Shown: positions 48,540 to 58,566 of the stretch, in pieces
Position numbering within the stretch: the stretch's first letter is position 1
Layout: every line of letters begins with the position of its first letter
Source: Anaerolineae bacterium
Lineage (GTDB): Bacteria > Chloroflexota > Anaerolineae > UBA1429
Length of the DNA stretch: 64,000 nt
Direction: 5' to 3'
NCBI GenBank assembly: GCA_040766725.1
Contig: JAXGPZ010000001.1
Coordinates: 1,881,946-1,945,945, forward strand
Translations under genes and position numbers: made by a program
The notes under the pieces: model-generated
Told to the model about the DNA's origin: nothing
Database searches by the model: none
The model's input: only the letters and a program-made list of their open reading frames with translations

Positions 48540-49474
48540 ACCTCGCCGCGGCGCGCGATGGCCAGCGTGTAGGGCGTGGTCTCCCTGAGCATGTCCCACA
48601 GCCCGGCCGACGCCTGGTAGGCCTGCTCGCCCAGGCCGATGTGCACCAGACAGCAGGTCAGGCGCCGCCGCCAGTCGGGCACGTTCAGCCCGATGGCCTC
48701 CCAGTGGCGCAGCGCGGCGCCCAAAAAGTCGATCTCGCGCCAGGCCGGGAACCAGGGCTGCCAGTAGAGCAGCCAGGCCAGGTCGTACAGATGGTCGCCA
48801 TACAGGCTGCAGCCCCAGTCGAGCACGGCCGTGATGCGCTCGGCCTGCACCAGCACGTTATAGTGCAGCAGGTCGCTGTGGATCAGATGCCGCTCCTCGG
48901 GCAGGCCCTCTGACAGCTCGACCAGCCGGGCGTAGGCCTCGTCGTGGGCGGCCAAAGCCTCTGACGATGTCGCCAGCTTTTGCCGCCAGCCGTGGATGCG
49001 GGTGGCCGCGGGGTCGTCGGTGTTGACCGCCAGCAGCACGTCGCGCCAGCCGGCGCGCGCGCCGTGTCCATCGGGCCCCCAGGCGCCAAAGCCGGTCGTC
49101 GCCGAAAGGTCGGCCTGGCGGGCGGCATCGAGCGCCGCGAACAACGCCGGCAGCAGCGCCTGCATCTGCGCGCCGCTCACCCCGTCGATGTGCTCGCCCT
49201 CGTGCCGCTCGGCCACCGCCAGGTAGCCGCCCGGCGCCTCGTCCACGGCCACCACCTGCGGAATCGGCAGCGCCGCCGAGCTGAACTGCGCGGCGAAGCG
49301 GTCCTTGAAATAGACCTCGACATAGGCCCCCAGGCGAGCCACATAGCCGCGGCCGGCATGGTTGAACGCGTAGGCGCGCGACCAGACGCCTGCGCCCAAC
49401 AGCGCCACGTCGCTCACGTCGCCACCGAAACGCCCGGCGAGCAGAGCCCGCACGTCCTCTACCGTCATATCCAA
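48536..49474 (-). CDS. Aminoglycoside/choline-kinase-like phosphotransferase (APH family)
   Basis: Brenner motif [11 protein letters not shown] and [15 protein letters not shown] (a DxG-type Mg-binding loop). Confidence 0.65.
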   Translation of the reverse strand: MDMTVEDVRALLAGRFGGDVSDVALLGAGVWSRAYAFNHAGRGYVARLGAYVEVYFKDRFAAQFSSAALPIPQVVAVDEAPGGYLAVAERHEGEHIDGVSGAQMQALLPALFAALDAARQADLSATTGFGAWGPDGHGARAGWRDVLLAVNTDDPAATRIHGWRQKLATSSEALAAHDEAYARLVELSEGLPEERHLIHSDLLHYNVLVQAERITAVLDWGCSLYGDHLYDLAWLLYWQPWFPAWREIDFLGAALRHWEAIGLNVPDWRRRLTCCLVHIGLGEQAYQASAGLWDMLRETTPYTLAIARRGEV

Positions 49475-49502
49475 CAGCGCCGCTCCTCTACGTGTCTCGT
49501 GC

Positions 49503-50351
49503 TCAAACCTCGCCGGCGGCCACGCGTCGCAGCCAGGCCTTTTCGACCTCGGGCATGCCCTCGGTCAACCGCGCCGCCGCCATGATCGGCAGCCAGGCCG
49601 CCACCTGTTCCCGGTCGAGCGCGCGCCGCTCGCCATAGGCGCGCCGATAGGCGTCATACACGCTCTGGCGCAGGCGGTCGATCAGCCACACCTCGACCCG
49701 CGCATAGCCCTCGGGCGGCGCCCCCGAGCGCAACAGCAGCGTCGTGCGCGCCACATCGGCTAGAGGGTTGCCGCACACCGCCGTCATCCAGTCGATGATC
49801 ACCGGCCCCCTGGCCGTCAGCACCACATTGTCGGGGTGCAGATCGCCATGACACAGCACCTCGCCCTCGGGCAGCGCCGCCAGCCGCGCCAGCAGATCGG
49901 CCCGCAGCTCGGCAGCGATGCCCGGCGCGCGCTCCAGATTCCACCGCACATAGTCGTGCAATGGCATGAGCCCCTCGCCCGCCACGCCGTGCAGGGCCGC
50001 GTGCAACTCGCCCAACACCCGGCCACAGGCGCGTGCGCGCCACAGGTGCGCCCGCGTGTGCGCCAGCAGCGACGGCCCCACAATGCGCTCATAGACGATG
50101 CCCAGCCGCCCCTCGACGGTCACCAGCTCGCCCACAGCGGGCGCCGCCAGCCCCGCCTCGTGCGCCAAGCGCGTGGTGTGCGCCTCGCGCCGCACCGGCT
50201 CCTCGCGAAAGCCCGCGTGGAACAGCTTGAGCACCTGCCCCTGGCCCCACGCGAGCACGTCGGCCGTGCGGCCGCGCCCCACCACCGCGAGGTCGCTCAG
50301 CGCAACCTCGCGCGGCGCGAACGACTCCTGCCCGCCCGGGTCAGTAGGCAA
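49503..50351 (-). CDS. APH-family phosphotransferase (second, diverged copy)
   Basis: HGDLHPDNVVL and IDWMTAVCGNPLADVA. Confidence 0.65.
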   Translation of the reverse strand: MPTDPGGQESFAPREVALSDLAVVGRGRTADVLAWGQGQVLKLFHAGFREEPVRREAHTTRLAHEAGLAAPAVGELVTVEGRLGIVYERIVGPSLLAHTRAHLWRARACGRVLGELHAALHGVAGEGLMPLHDYVRWNLERAPGIAAELRADLLARLAALPEGEVLCHGDLHPDNVVLTARGPVIIDWMTAVCGNPLADVARTTLLLRSGAPPEGYARVEVWLIDRLRQSVYDAYRRAYGERRALDREQVAAWLPIMAAARLTEGMPEVEKAWLRRVAAGEV

Positions 50352-52338
50352 GCACCACCGCCTGATGGCCCACCACCAGCGGTGCCGTCATACGCAAAGC
50401 GCCATCCACAGCGGTCAACGCCAGCGTTGTGCCCTGCGGCGCCAGCGTCGCCGCGGTCACCGCCTCGGGCACCCGCACCGTGAGCGCCACGTCGTGCAGC
50501 GCCGGCAGGTCCTCGATCACCAGGCAGTTGCCGCGCTGCAGCGGCGGCGCGTACATCAGGTGCGCGATATAGCGGCGCTGCTCGGGCTGGTGCATCAGCG
50601 TGACGCGGCCCGCGCTGGGCAGCTCGGCGGCGATGGCCGGACGCGTGTGCAGCAGGCGCAGCGCGTTGATGAACAGCTCGCGATGCACGCGCGCGCCCCC
50701 GCGGTGATAGATCATCCCCAGCGGGTGCGCCAGATAGACCACGTTGCCCTTGCGCACCGCCGCCGGATGCTCGGCCACCTCGAGCCGGTTGGGCGTGTTG
50801 CGATGCGAGCAGTAGCGCCCATAGGTGCGATCGAAATAGGGCTCGCGGATCGTCGCCAGCACCTCGGCGTCGCCGTGCGGGGCCACGCGCACCCCCGCGA
50901 TGTCGTTGAGGAACGGGCTGCTGACGATGCCCTGCTGCAGCGCCGCCGCTGCCACGGTATAGTCCTGCGCATAGCGCGCGGGGCCGGCATAGTCGGCGCC
51001 GATGTCGACGGCCAGTGCGTCGCGGTCGGCCAGCAGCGCGCTCTCGCCCAAGACCAGCACCTTGCCGCCCTGCGCCACATAGTCGCGCAGCCGCGCCGCA
51101 TCGGCGGCCGTCAGGCAGCGCCCGCCCGTCAGAATCACCGCCTCATAACGGCCCAGCGGCTCGTCGGGGCGCACCAGGTCATAGTCACAGTGGGCCTCGA
51201 GCAGCATGTTGATCACACCCTGATCGTGCGCCTCGACGCCCGTGCGCCACACCCCCAGCGTGGCATAGCACTCGGCGTCGATGAACGCCTCGATCTGCTC
51301 GAGATAGGCGTACGCCTCGCCGATCGAGCGGTAGGTCTCCAGGTCCATCGCGCCCGCCGGGTGCAGCTGGTCGCCAAAACAGGGGATGCAGCCGTGGGCC
51401 ACCATCGTTGCCGTCTCGTAGCGGATGGCGTCGGGGTGCTTGAACCCGCCAAACTCGCCCCACGAGGTGTGGAACTTGCCGCTCATGGCGATCGTCGGGC
51501 GGCCGCGGCGCCCAAAGAACTTGGCCCGCATCGAGAGCTTGTCATAGCCGCCCCAGGTGGTGGGCAGGTCCTCGAGCTCATAGTGCGTGTTCAGGTGCGG
51601 GATGTCGGTGCCCGGCGCGGTGTGGTTGCCATCGGGGTACATCACCGTCGTGCCGTTGTAAAAGACCGTCCCCTCGGGATAGTAGCTGTGCAACTGGGCG
51701 TTGCACGCCTCCATGAACCGCCGCCACTTGCGCCCGTTGTAGGCCAGCGCCTGCGCCGGGTCGTTGACGTCGAGCCCCTCGGCCGCCATGCCCTGCCGGC
51801 AGTTGTCGCAGTAGCACACCGGCCCGTTGGTGATGTCGTACCACAGCCCGTCCAACGGATACCACTCGCATAGCTCGCGGCTCTGCGCCAGAATGAGCTC
51901 TAGATAGGCGCCGCTGGGGCACAGGTCGATCCACGAGCCAAAGGGCCGCGGCGCGTGCGGGTCGGGGTTGCCGATGGCGCCCTTGTCGCGCGACGAGGGC
52001 CGCCCCTCGATGTCGCGCACCACCCACTCGGGGTGCATGGCCGCGTCGGTGGCCGACCACCCCACCGTCACATACACCGGGCAGCGCACGCCGATCTCGT
52101 GACACGCCTCGATCTGCGCGCCCACCAGGTCGAACTCGAGCGTCGGGTGCACCATGCCCACCTTGGTGGGGTAATAGCTCCACGAGTGGTGGCACTTGGC
52201 AAAGATGTTGATGGCGTTGACGCGCCCCAACTGCAGCGCCTCTTGGAACTGCGCCTTGCCAAAGCGGCTGCCCACCCCCGGGATGTGCTCCGACGTGTGA
52301 AAGTCCAGATGCACCTGTCGTGTCGGCTGGTAGACCAT
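50341..52338 (-). CDS. Putative glycoside hydrolase (GHL6-like TIM barrel with beta-galactosidase-trimerisation-like C-terminal domain)
   Basis: N-terminal VHLDFHTSE...CHEIGVRCPVYVTVGW (TIM-barrel GH-like). A later flavodoxin-like block, GGKVLVLGESAL. Family assignment is from memory of these families and is uncertain. Confidence 0.4.
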   Translation of the reverse strand: MVYQPTRQVHLDFHTSEHIPGVGSRFGKAQFQEALQLGRVNAINIFAKCHHSWSYYPTKVGMVHPTLEFDLVGAQIEACHEIGVRCPVYVTVGWSATDAAMHPEWVVRDIEGRPSSRDKGAIGNPDPHAPRPFGSWIDLCPSGAYLELILAQSRELCEWYPLDGLWYDITNGPVCYCDNCRQGMAAEGLDVNDPAQALAYNGRKWRRFMEACNAQLHSYYPEGTVFYNGTTVMYPDGNHTAPGTDIPHLNTHYELEDLPTTWGGYDKLSMRAKFFGRRGRPTIAMSGKFHTSWGEFGGFKHPDAIRYETATMVAHGCIPCFGDQLHPAGAMDLETYRSIGEAYAYLEQIEAFIDAECYATLGVWRTGVEAHDQGVINMLLEAHCDYDLVRPDEPLGRYEAVILTGGRCLTAADAARLRDYVAQGGKVLVLGESALLADRDALAVDIGADYAGPARYAQDYTVAAAALQQGIVSSPFLNDIAGVRVAPHGDAEVLATIREPYFDRTYGRYCSHRNTPNRLEVAEHPAAVRKGNVVYLAHPLGMIYHRGGARVHRELFINALRLLHTRPAIAAELPSAGRVTLMHQPEQRRYIAHLMYAPPLQRGNCLVIEDLPALHDVALTVRVPEAVTAATLAPQGTTLALTAVDGALRMTAPLVVGHQAVVLAY

Positions 52339-52470
52339 CTCATGCTCCTCGCTATCGGCTTGCTGGCCAGAGACTAGCCGATGCGCCTGGCAGGGTCAAG
52401 CCCTGCAGGGCGCTTGCGGCGCGCTCGCAGTCGCGCTAGCATGGCCGCACAACCCCAAAGGAGATCGCCC

Positions 52471-53340
52471 ATGCGCACCTGGAAACTGGCCTTTATGGCC
52501 TCGCTCAGCTATGCCCGCCAGTCGCCCGCCGAGGTGGTGGCCTCGCTCAAGGCCCTCGGCTATGAGGCCGTCGAATGGACCAGCAGCCACTTTGACCCAC
52601 GCCGCATGACGCCGCGCCAACTGCGCGAGCCCATCGACGCCGCCGCCGAGGCCGGCCTGGTCACCTCAGAGGTGTGCGCCCAACAAGATGTCGTCATCCT
52701 CGACGACGCCGAGCGCCGCGACCGCATCGCCGCCGCGCGCGATGCCATCGTCGCCGCCGGCGAGTGCGGCGTGCCCGCCGTCAACCTCTTTACCGGCCCG
52801 CGCCCGTGGATCGCCGGCACCCCCGTGGTCGGCCAAGACGTCAGCCTGGGCGCCGCCTGGGACATGGTCTATGAGGCCTTTGATGTGTGGGTGCCCGTCG
52901 CCGAGCGCGCCGGCGTGGCCATCGCCGTCGAGGGCGTATGGGGCATGCTCTGCCACGACGTCTACACCACGCTGCCCCTCATCGAGCGCTACAACTCGCC
53001 CAACCTGGGCGTGAACTTTGATCCGTCACACGACGTGCTGGTGGGCAACACCGACAGCGGCGACATCGTGCGGCTGTGGGGCCGCGAGCGCATCCACCAT
53101 GTGCACCTCAAAGACGCGGTGGGCGTGGCCCAGGCGGGCAAGTTCGTCTTTCCCATGCTGGGCGAGGGCATCGTGCCCTGGGACGCGTTCTTTGGCGCCC
53201 TGGACGACATCGGCTATGACGGCTGCTGCTCGGTCGAGTTCGAGTCGTTCCGCTACTATCGCGACATCTTGCGCGACGACGGCGAGGAAGCCGCGCGGCT
53301 GTCGATCATGCAGGTGCGCCGCCTGCTCGGCGAGGAGTAG
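52471..53340 (+). CDS. Sugar phosphate isomerase/epimerase (xylose-isomerase-like TIM barrel)
   Basis: Start at MRTWKLAF (AAAGGAG SD). ...IHHVHLKD...VEFESF metal-site pattern. Paralog of 14963-15763. Confidence 0.7.
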   Translation: MRTWKLAFMASLSYARQSPAEVVASLKALGYEAVEWTSSHFDPRRMTPRQLREPIDAAAEAGLVTSEVCAQQDVVILDDAERRDRIAAARDAIVAAGECGVPAVNLFTGPRPWIAGTPVVGQDVSLGAAWDMVYEAFDVWVPVAERAGVAIAVEGVWGMLCHDVYTTLPLIERYNSPNLGVNFDPSHDVLVGNTDSGDIVRLWGRERIHHVHLKDAVGVAQAGKFVFPMLGEGIVPWDAFFGALDDIGYDGCCSVEFESFRYYRDILRDDGEEAARLSIMQVRRLLGEE

Positions 53341-53417
53341 CCCCCGCCTGACAGGGCAACAGCCCCCTGGGCGACAGTCGCTGCCAGGGGGCTGTTCACT
53401 TCGATGGCGTCAGCGCG

Positions 53418-55304
53418 CTACCGGGGCAGGTGCTCGGCCGCCCACTCGACGCCCAGCTCTTGCAGCTTGGCGAGCGTGGGCACGCCGCTCTCGGCATCCC
53501 AACCGGCCATGGCATAGTAGGTGTGCACGGCCTCTTCCAGCTCTTCGCGGTCGATGCCGCCATCCTCCAGCGCGCCGTCGGTGGTGGGCCCATACGAGCG
53601 CTCGGGCAGGCGGTCGTCGGCCACGGTCCAGCCCTCGCGCATGTTGAACACTCGCGCCAGCGTCCAGGCGCGCTCGCCCAGCTTCATCAGCTCGTAGGTG
53701 CTCACATCAAAGCCGGTGGCGCCGCGCACCAGTTGCACATATTCGTCCATGGTCCACGGCACAAAGTGGCAGCAGGGCAGCACGTTGCGCATGGCGCAGT
53801 AGAGCGAGTTCAGCAGCGTGGCGCGCACCTTGGCGGGGCCCAGGTCCTCCAGCGGCAGTGGCTCGAGGATGCCCAGCTCGCGCAGCAGGCCGTTGGGCAT
53901 AAAGCCGTCGTCGGTGGGCGTGGCCAGGCCGGCATCGTGCAGCGCGTGCATGTGATCGGCCCCTGTGGGCGACAGCGCATAGCCGATGGCCATGCCCCGC
54001 TTAAAGCGCGGCTCGTGCATGGGGAACTCTTGCTTCTTGGTGGCCATCGCGAATATGGCCGCATCGCCGCCGAGCCTGTCGGCCATGCGCGCCGAGCCCA
54101 GCCCCAGGAACTTGCCAAAGCCCTCTTGCCGCGCGATCTTTTCGATGCACGCCAACATTGCGTCGGCGTTGCCAAAGCGCAGGTCGATGCCGTCGGTGTC
54201 CTCGAGCGTCAGCATGCCGCGCTCGAACGCCTCCATGGCAAAGGCGATGTTCACGCCCGTGGCAATGGTGTCGATGCCATAGGCGTTGCACAGCGCCGAG
54301 CCGCGGGTCACCGCCACCACGTCGCCGATGCCACAGGCCGAGCCCAGGGCGCCGGCCGTCTCGTACTCGGGCCCGCCATAGTCCGAGTCCACCCCCTCGA
54401 TCTTGACGACCTTTTTGCAGCGCACGGCGCAGGCGGTGCAGCCCTCCATGCCCTGCCCGATCTCGGGCATGAACTTTTGCGACGAGAGGTTCCAGGCGCC
54501 CTCGTCGAACAGGCCGTCGCGAAAGTTGCGGATGGGCAGGTTGCCGGTGACGCTCGAGTCGGTCAGGTTGGCGCCGGTGCCCCACTTGTGCATGCCCGCG
54601 GCGCGTTCGCCGGCGGCCACGCCGCGCGCCATCGAGCGCGCCAGCTCGCTCACCACCTCGGGGTTGGCCCCGTCCAGCTTCATGGTGCCGCGCGCCACCA
54701 CCGCCTTGAGGTTCTTGGAGCCCATCACCGCGCCCAGGCCGGTGCGGCCGGCCGCATCTTTGAGCTCGTTCATGATGCAGGCAAAGAGCACCTGGTTCTC
54801 GCCGCCCGGCCCGATCATCGCCGCGCCCAGGCGCCGCTCGCCCAGCTCGCTCTGCAGGGCGGTCAACGTCTCTTTGGTCGTCTGGCCCCACAGATGGCCC
54901 GCATCGCGCAGCTCGGCCTCGCCATTGTGCACCCACAGGTACACCGGCTTGGGCGCGATGCCCTCAAAGATGATCGCGTCAAAGCCGGCGCGCTTGAACT
55001 CGAACGGAAAGTGCCCGCCCACCTCAGAGGCGCCAAACCCGCCCGTCAGCGGCGACTTTGACCCCACCGTGCTGCGCGACAGGCCCGAGGCCGCCAGCCC
55101 CGTCAGCACGCCCGCCGCAAACACCAGCTTGTTGTCTGGTCCCAGCGGGTCGGCGCCCTTGGGCACCTCGCGCAACAGCACGTCGGCGATCACGTTCCAG
55201 CCGCCCATATACTTGCGCATATAGAGCAGGCCCGGCTCTTCCACGTCGATCGTGCCCTTGGTCAGGTTCACCCGCAGGATCTTGTTGTGAAAGGACCTCG
55301 CCAT
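53418..55304 (-). CDS. aor: Aldehyde:ferredoxin oxidoreductase (tungsten-containing AOR family)
   Basis: N-terminal NKILRVNLTKG...MGGW, AOR_N then AOR_C domains (GLDTIATG, the CxxC..C cluster). 629 aa. Start at MARSFH (GGGAGG SD). Confidence 0.85.
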   Translation of the reverse strand: MARSFHNKILRVNLTKGTIDVEEPGLLYMRKYMGGWNVIADVLLREVPKGADPLGPDNKLVFAAGVLTGLAASGLSRSTVGSKSPLTGGFGASEVGGHFPFEFKRAGFDAIIFEGIAPKPVYLWVHNGEAELRDAGHLWGQTTKETLTALQSELGERRLGAAMIGPGGENQVLFACIMNELKDAAGRTGLGAVMGSKNLKAVVARGTMKLDGANPEVVSELARSMARGVAAGERAAGMHKWGTGANLTDSSVTGNLPIRNFRDGLFDEGAWNLSSQKFMPEIGQGMEGCTACAVRCKKVVKIEGVDSDYGGPEYETAGALGSACGIGDVVAVTRGSALCNAYGIDTIATGVNIAFAMEAFERGMLTLEDTDGIDLRFGNADAMLACIEKIARQEGFGKFLGLGSARMADRLGGDAAIFAMATKKQEFPMHEPRFKRGMAIGYALSPTGADHMHALHDAGLATPTDDGFMPNGLLRELGILEPLPLEDLGPAKVRATLLNSLYCAMRNVLPCCHFVPWTMDEYVQLVRGATGFDVSTYELMKLGERAWTLARVFNMREGWTVADDRLPERSYGPTTDGALEDGGIDREELEEAVHTYYAMAGWDAESGVPTLAKLQELGVEWAAEHLPR

Positions 55305-55421
55305 GTGTAGACGCCTCCCATGGTGCAGTGAATGGCGGCATTGTACATGCTTTGGCGGCGGGCGGTCAAGACGTGGTCTGACCACTCCGCCGCTCTCATG
55401 GCCTTGCAGGCCGGCACGCCC

Positions 55422-56912
55422 CTATGGTCGGCCGGCGCCCCATCGCTCCAGCCGGTCTTGCAGCTCGGCCAGGCGCTCGGCCGCCGTCGGCCAAGGGGTC
55501 TCGCCACAGCCCTGCTGCTCGACGCACGGATACACGGCGCGATACTCGGGCTTGAGCACGCCGGCGGCCGTGCGGTGCCCCCAGTGGGCGCCCACATCGC
55601 CCTTGGACCCTTCCACCTTCCACCCCTCATCAAAGGCGGCAAAGTAGGCCACTTCCACGCCCTCGGCCTCGGCCCAGGCGTACACCTCGGCGAAATAGCG
55701 CGCCGCGTTGGCCTCTGACGGCACGGCCTCGCCCTCGGGGCTGCCGGCTGTGGGCCAGCCCGTCTCTGAGATGATGATCTCCTTGTCTGGATAGGCCGCC
55801 TGCAGCCGGCCGTACATCGTCGCCAAGGCATCGGCCGCCTCGTCGATGCTCACCCCCTCGAAGAAGGGATAGTAGGTCGCCATCACCACATCGCACTCGG
55901 CCACCAGTGTGGGGTACGACAGCAGCGCCGCCGCTGTGTCTGACGTGGTGACGGCCACGCCCTGCCCCTGCAGCCCGGCCCTGGCATAGCGCAGGTAGCG
56001 CGCCAGTTGTAGCGCCGACAGGTCGCCGCGATGCAGGCACTCCGAGCCCACCACCACCGCGTCGCACCAGCCGCGCTTGGCCACGTCGACCAGCACATCG
56101 ATCTCGGACTTTATCTGGGGGTCGTCCATGGCGCCGCCGAGCCAGGCGCCCGCATAGACGCGATAGCCGAACGCGTGGGCCAGCGGATACAGCTTGAGCA
56201 GCTCGCCCGACACGCCGAACGTCCGCAGCGTGTCCACCTGCGGCCGCATGGTGCGCAGGTGCCGCTCCATCTGCCGCAATGGAATGTGGCTGCCCAGGTT
56301 GGGGCTCTGTCCGTCGGTGTAGGGCGAATAGTTGAGCGCGATGCTGGGCGCGCTCAGCCTGGGGTTGAGCGGCGACCGGCTGGCCACGGCCTGCTCAACC
56401 GCCTGTGGCTCGGGCTCGGTCACGGCCGCAACGGGCTCATCGGCGCGCTGCCACTTGCCCTCGCGGGGCAAGATGGTCACCTGGCCCTCGGGGGTGCGGG
56501 TCACCACCAACTGGTCGAGAGCCACCCGCGCCGTCTCCTCATAGTCACTGTCAGGAACGTACTCGGCCGAGATGAGCAGCACATAGAGCACAACGGCATC
56601 GATGTCGTCTCCGCCAGTGATGAACTGCAGCCAAAATGAGCCATCCTCCTCGACCGGCACGCTTGGCGTGACCCAGGTGGGCTTGGGGCCCCAGATGCGC
56701 CCGCCTTCGCTGACCTGCAGATAGCCGCTGACGGCCAACCCCGGTCTGGAATGCAACACAGTGCCCAGTATGGACTCTTGCACGCCGTATGGCGGCACGT
56801 GATCGAGTTGTAGCAGCGGCGCGGGCTCAGCGGCGACCAGCGATGGCCCCAGCGACAGCCCCAGAGAGAGCACAAAGACGGCAGACAACAGCCTACGCAA
56901 CCAGCGGTTCAT
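55422..56912 (-). CDS. Secreted glycoside hydrolase family 17 (glucan endo/exo-1,3-beta-glucosidase-like) with N-terminal extra domain
   Basis: Signal peptide MNRWLRRLLSAVFVLSLGLSLGPSLVAA. C-terminal TIM barrel with IIISETGWPTAG (GH17 catalytic nucleophile motif). Confidence 0.6.
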   Translation of the reverse strand: MNRWLRRLLSAVFVLSLGLSLGPSLVAAEPAPLLQLDHVPPYGVQESILGTVLHSRPGLAVSGYLQVSEGGRIWGPKPTWVTPSVPVEEDGSFWLQFITGGDDIDAVVLYVLLISAEYVPDSDYEETARVALDQLVVTRTPEGQVTILPREGKWQRADEPVAAVTEPEPQAVEQAVASRSPLNPRLSAPSIALNYSPYTDGQSPNLGSHIPLRQMERHLRTMRPQVDTLRTFGVSGELLKLYPLAHAFGYRVYAGAWLGGAMDDPQIKSEIDVLVDVAKRGWCDAVVVGSECLHRGDLSALQLARYLRYARAGLQGQGVAVTTSDTAAALLSYPTLVAECDVVMATYYPFFEGVSIDEAADALATMYGRLQAAYPDKEIIISETGWPTAGSPEGEAVPSEANAARYFAEVYAWAEAEGVEVAYFAAFDEGWKVEGSKGDVGAHWGHRTAAGVLKPEYRAVYPCVEQQGCGETPWPTAAERLAELQDRLERWGAGRP

Positions 56913-57024
56913 GGGTCACAAAGGTCCTTTCCGACAGGATTCGATCTACGCCCGACCCGTGCGCAGCGCGAGAGCGCGGCCAACTCCGCGCTCTCTTGCC
57001 GTTCGTCAGTCGGCCGCCAGGGGC

Positions 57025-58527
57025 TCAATCCAGCCCCAGATAGCGCAAGCCTCGAAACCGCACCACGCCCTCGCCGCTGGCATAGAGCGTGATCCACAAC
57101 GGCCGGCCTGTCTCGGCGCGTCCGCTGCGGCTGAACTTGGCCCATGCCACGCCGTCGGCGCTCCAGAACGCCACCACGTCGTGCTCCAGGTGCCACAGCT
57201 TGAGCCACACCCGCGAGCCGCACTCGGCCTGGCTGGCCGGCCGGCCGTCGACGAACGCCCAGGCGCGCCCGCCGCCCGTGCCCGCGCCGATCGCTGCGCC
57301 CCCGCGCCCATCCTGCAGCAACAGGCCCGCCTCAGCGCCCGCCGGCACGTCGATCTCGACCAGCACCTCGTAGCTGTGGTTCACCGGCGAGCTGGCCACA
57401 TAGGCCACCCTGTCCCAGTCGGCGAGCCCCGCGCCAGACGCGGCCGCGCCAGGCGCGGCCATCAACAGCGCGCCGTCCTCACACCGATAGGCTGCGCGCC
57501 CGCCCGCGCCGGTGCGCCGCCACTGCACGCCCAGCGCGCCCGCGCCAAAGTCGTCCGAAAGCGGCAGCCCGTGGCCCACGTCCTCGCCGGCCGGCTTGGG
57601 CAGCAGCCCGTCGGCCGCCTGCCGCACGATGGGCCAGCCGTCGTCGGTCCACTCCACCGGCAACAGCAGCACCGGCCGCCCCAGCGTGGCATAGCCGCGC
57701 TCCACCGCGTGATAGACCAGCCACCAGCGCCCCTCGACGTCGTCGATCAGCGTGCCGTGCCCCTGCGACCACCACTTTTCCTCGCGCGAGCCGGTGTGCA
57801 CCAGCGGGTTGTGGGGCGAGTTCTCCCACGGGCCCAGCGGCGAGCGCGCCCGCGCCACCACCGCCATGTGGCTGGTGGCCGGCCCCCAGGTGCCCCCCTG
57901 CGCCGAAACCAGATAGAGCCAATCGCCCCGCCACACGAACTTGGGGCTCTCGAGGCAAAAACACTCAGCCACCCACTCGTCGGGATAGGGCCAGCCCGCA
58001 TACACGCGCCCCATCTCGCCGGTCACCGCCAGCCCGTCGGCCGACAGCGGCGCCGCCATGCCCGCGCTCACATACAGATAGCGCCGCCCGTCGCGGTCGG
58101 CCACATGCCCCGGATCGATATAGCCATCGACGTGCAGATCCACCGGCTCGCTCCAGGGGCCGGCCGGATCGCTGGCCGTGCACACATAGTTGGCAAACCG
58201 TGGCCGTTGCCCCTCACCGCGCGGCTGCACCACCGGCAGATAGAGGTAGTAGAGCTCGCCGTGCCGCACCAGCTCGGGCGCCCAGATGTCGCCCAGCTCG
58301 ACGTCGAGCGCGTTGCCCAGCGGCCGCCAGTTGACCAGGTCGCGCGAGTGCCACAGCAGCACGCCCGGCGCCATCGACTGCACCATGTAATAGTCGGCGC
58401 CCACGCGCACCAACGACGGGTCGGCATAGTTGCCCGCGATGATCGGGTTGCGATAGTAGCCGTTGCCCAGGTCGGCGCACGGCTGCCGCTCAGCCCGCAC
58501 CTGCGCCACACGATCCAGCTTGCCCAT
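57025..58527 (-). CDS. Glycoside hydrolase family 43 (beta-xylosidase/alpha-L-arabinofuranosidase-like) with C-terminal beta-sandwich
   Basis: YRNPIIAGNYADPSLVRVGADYYMV (GH43 N-terminal catalytic Asp block). Five-bladed propeller signatures, then a concanavalin-like C-terminal domain. Confidence 0.7.
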   Translation of the reverse strand: MGKLDRVAQVRAERQPCADLGNGYYRNPIIAGNYADPSLVRVGADYYMVQSMAPGVLLWHSRDLVNWRPLGNALDVELGDIWAPELVRHGELYYLYLPVVQPRGEGQRPRFANYVCTASDPAGPWSEPVDLHVDGYIDPGHVADRDGRRYLYVSAGMAAPLSADGLAVTGEMGRVYAGWPYPDEWVAECFCLESPKFVWRGDWLYLVSAQGGTWGPATSHMAVVARARSPLGPWENSPHNPLVHTGSREEKWWSQGHGTLIDDVEGRWWLVYHAVERGYATLGRPVLLLPVEWTDDGWPIVRQAADGLLPKPAGEDVGHGLPLSDDFGAGALGVQWRRTGAGGRAAYRCEDGALLMAAPGAAASGAGLADWDRVAYVASSPVNHSYEVLVEIDVPAGAEAGLLLQDGRGGAAIGAGTGGGRAWAFVDGRPASQAECGSRVWLKLWHLEHDVVAFWSADGVAWAKFSRSGRAETGRPLWITLYASGEGVVRFRGLRYLGLD

Positions 58528-58566
58528 GACAGCTCCCTTCCGCATCGAGATACGGCCCTCTTGAGC

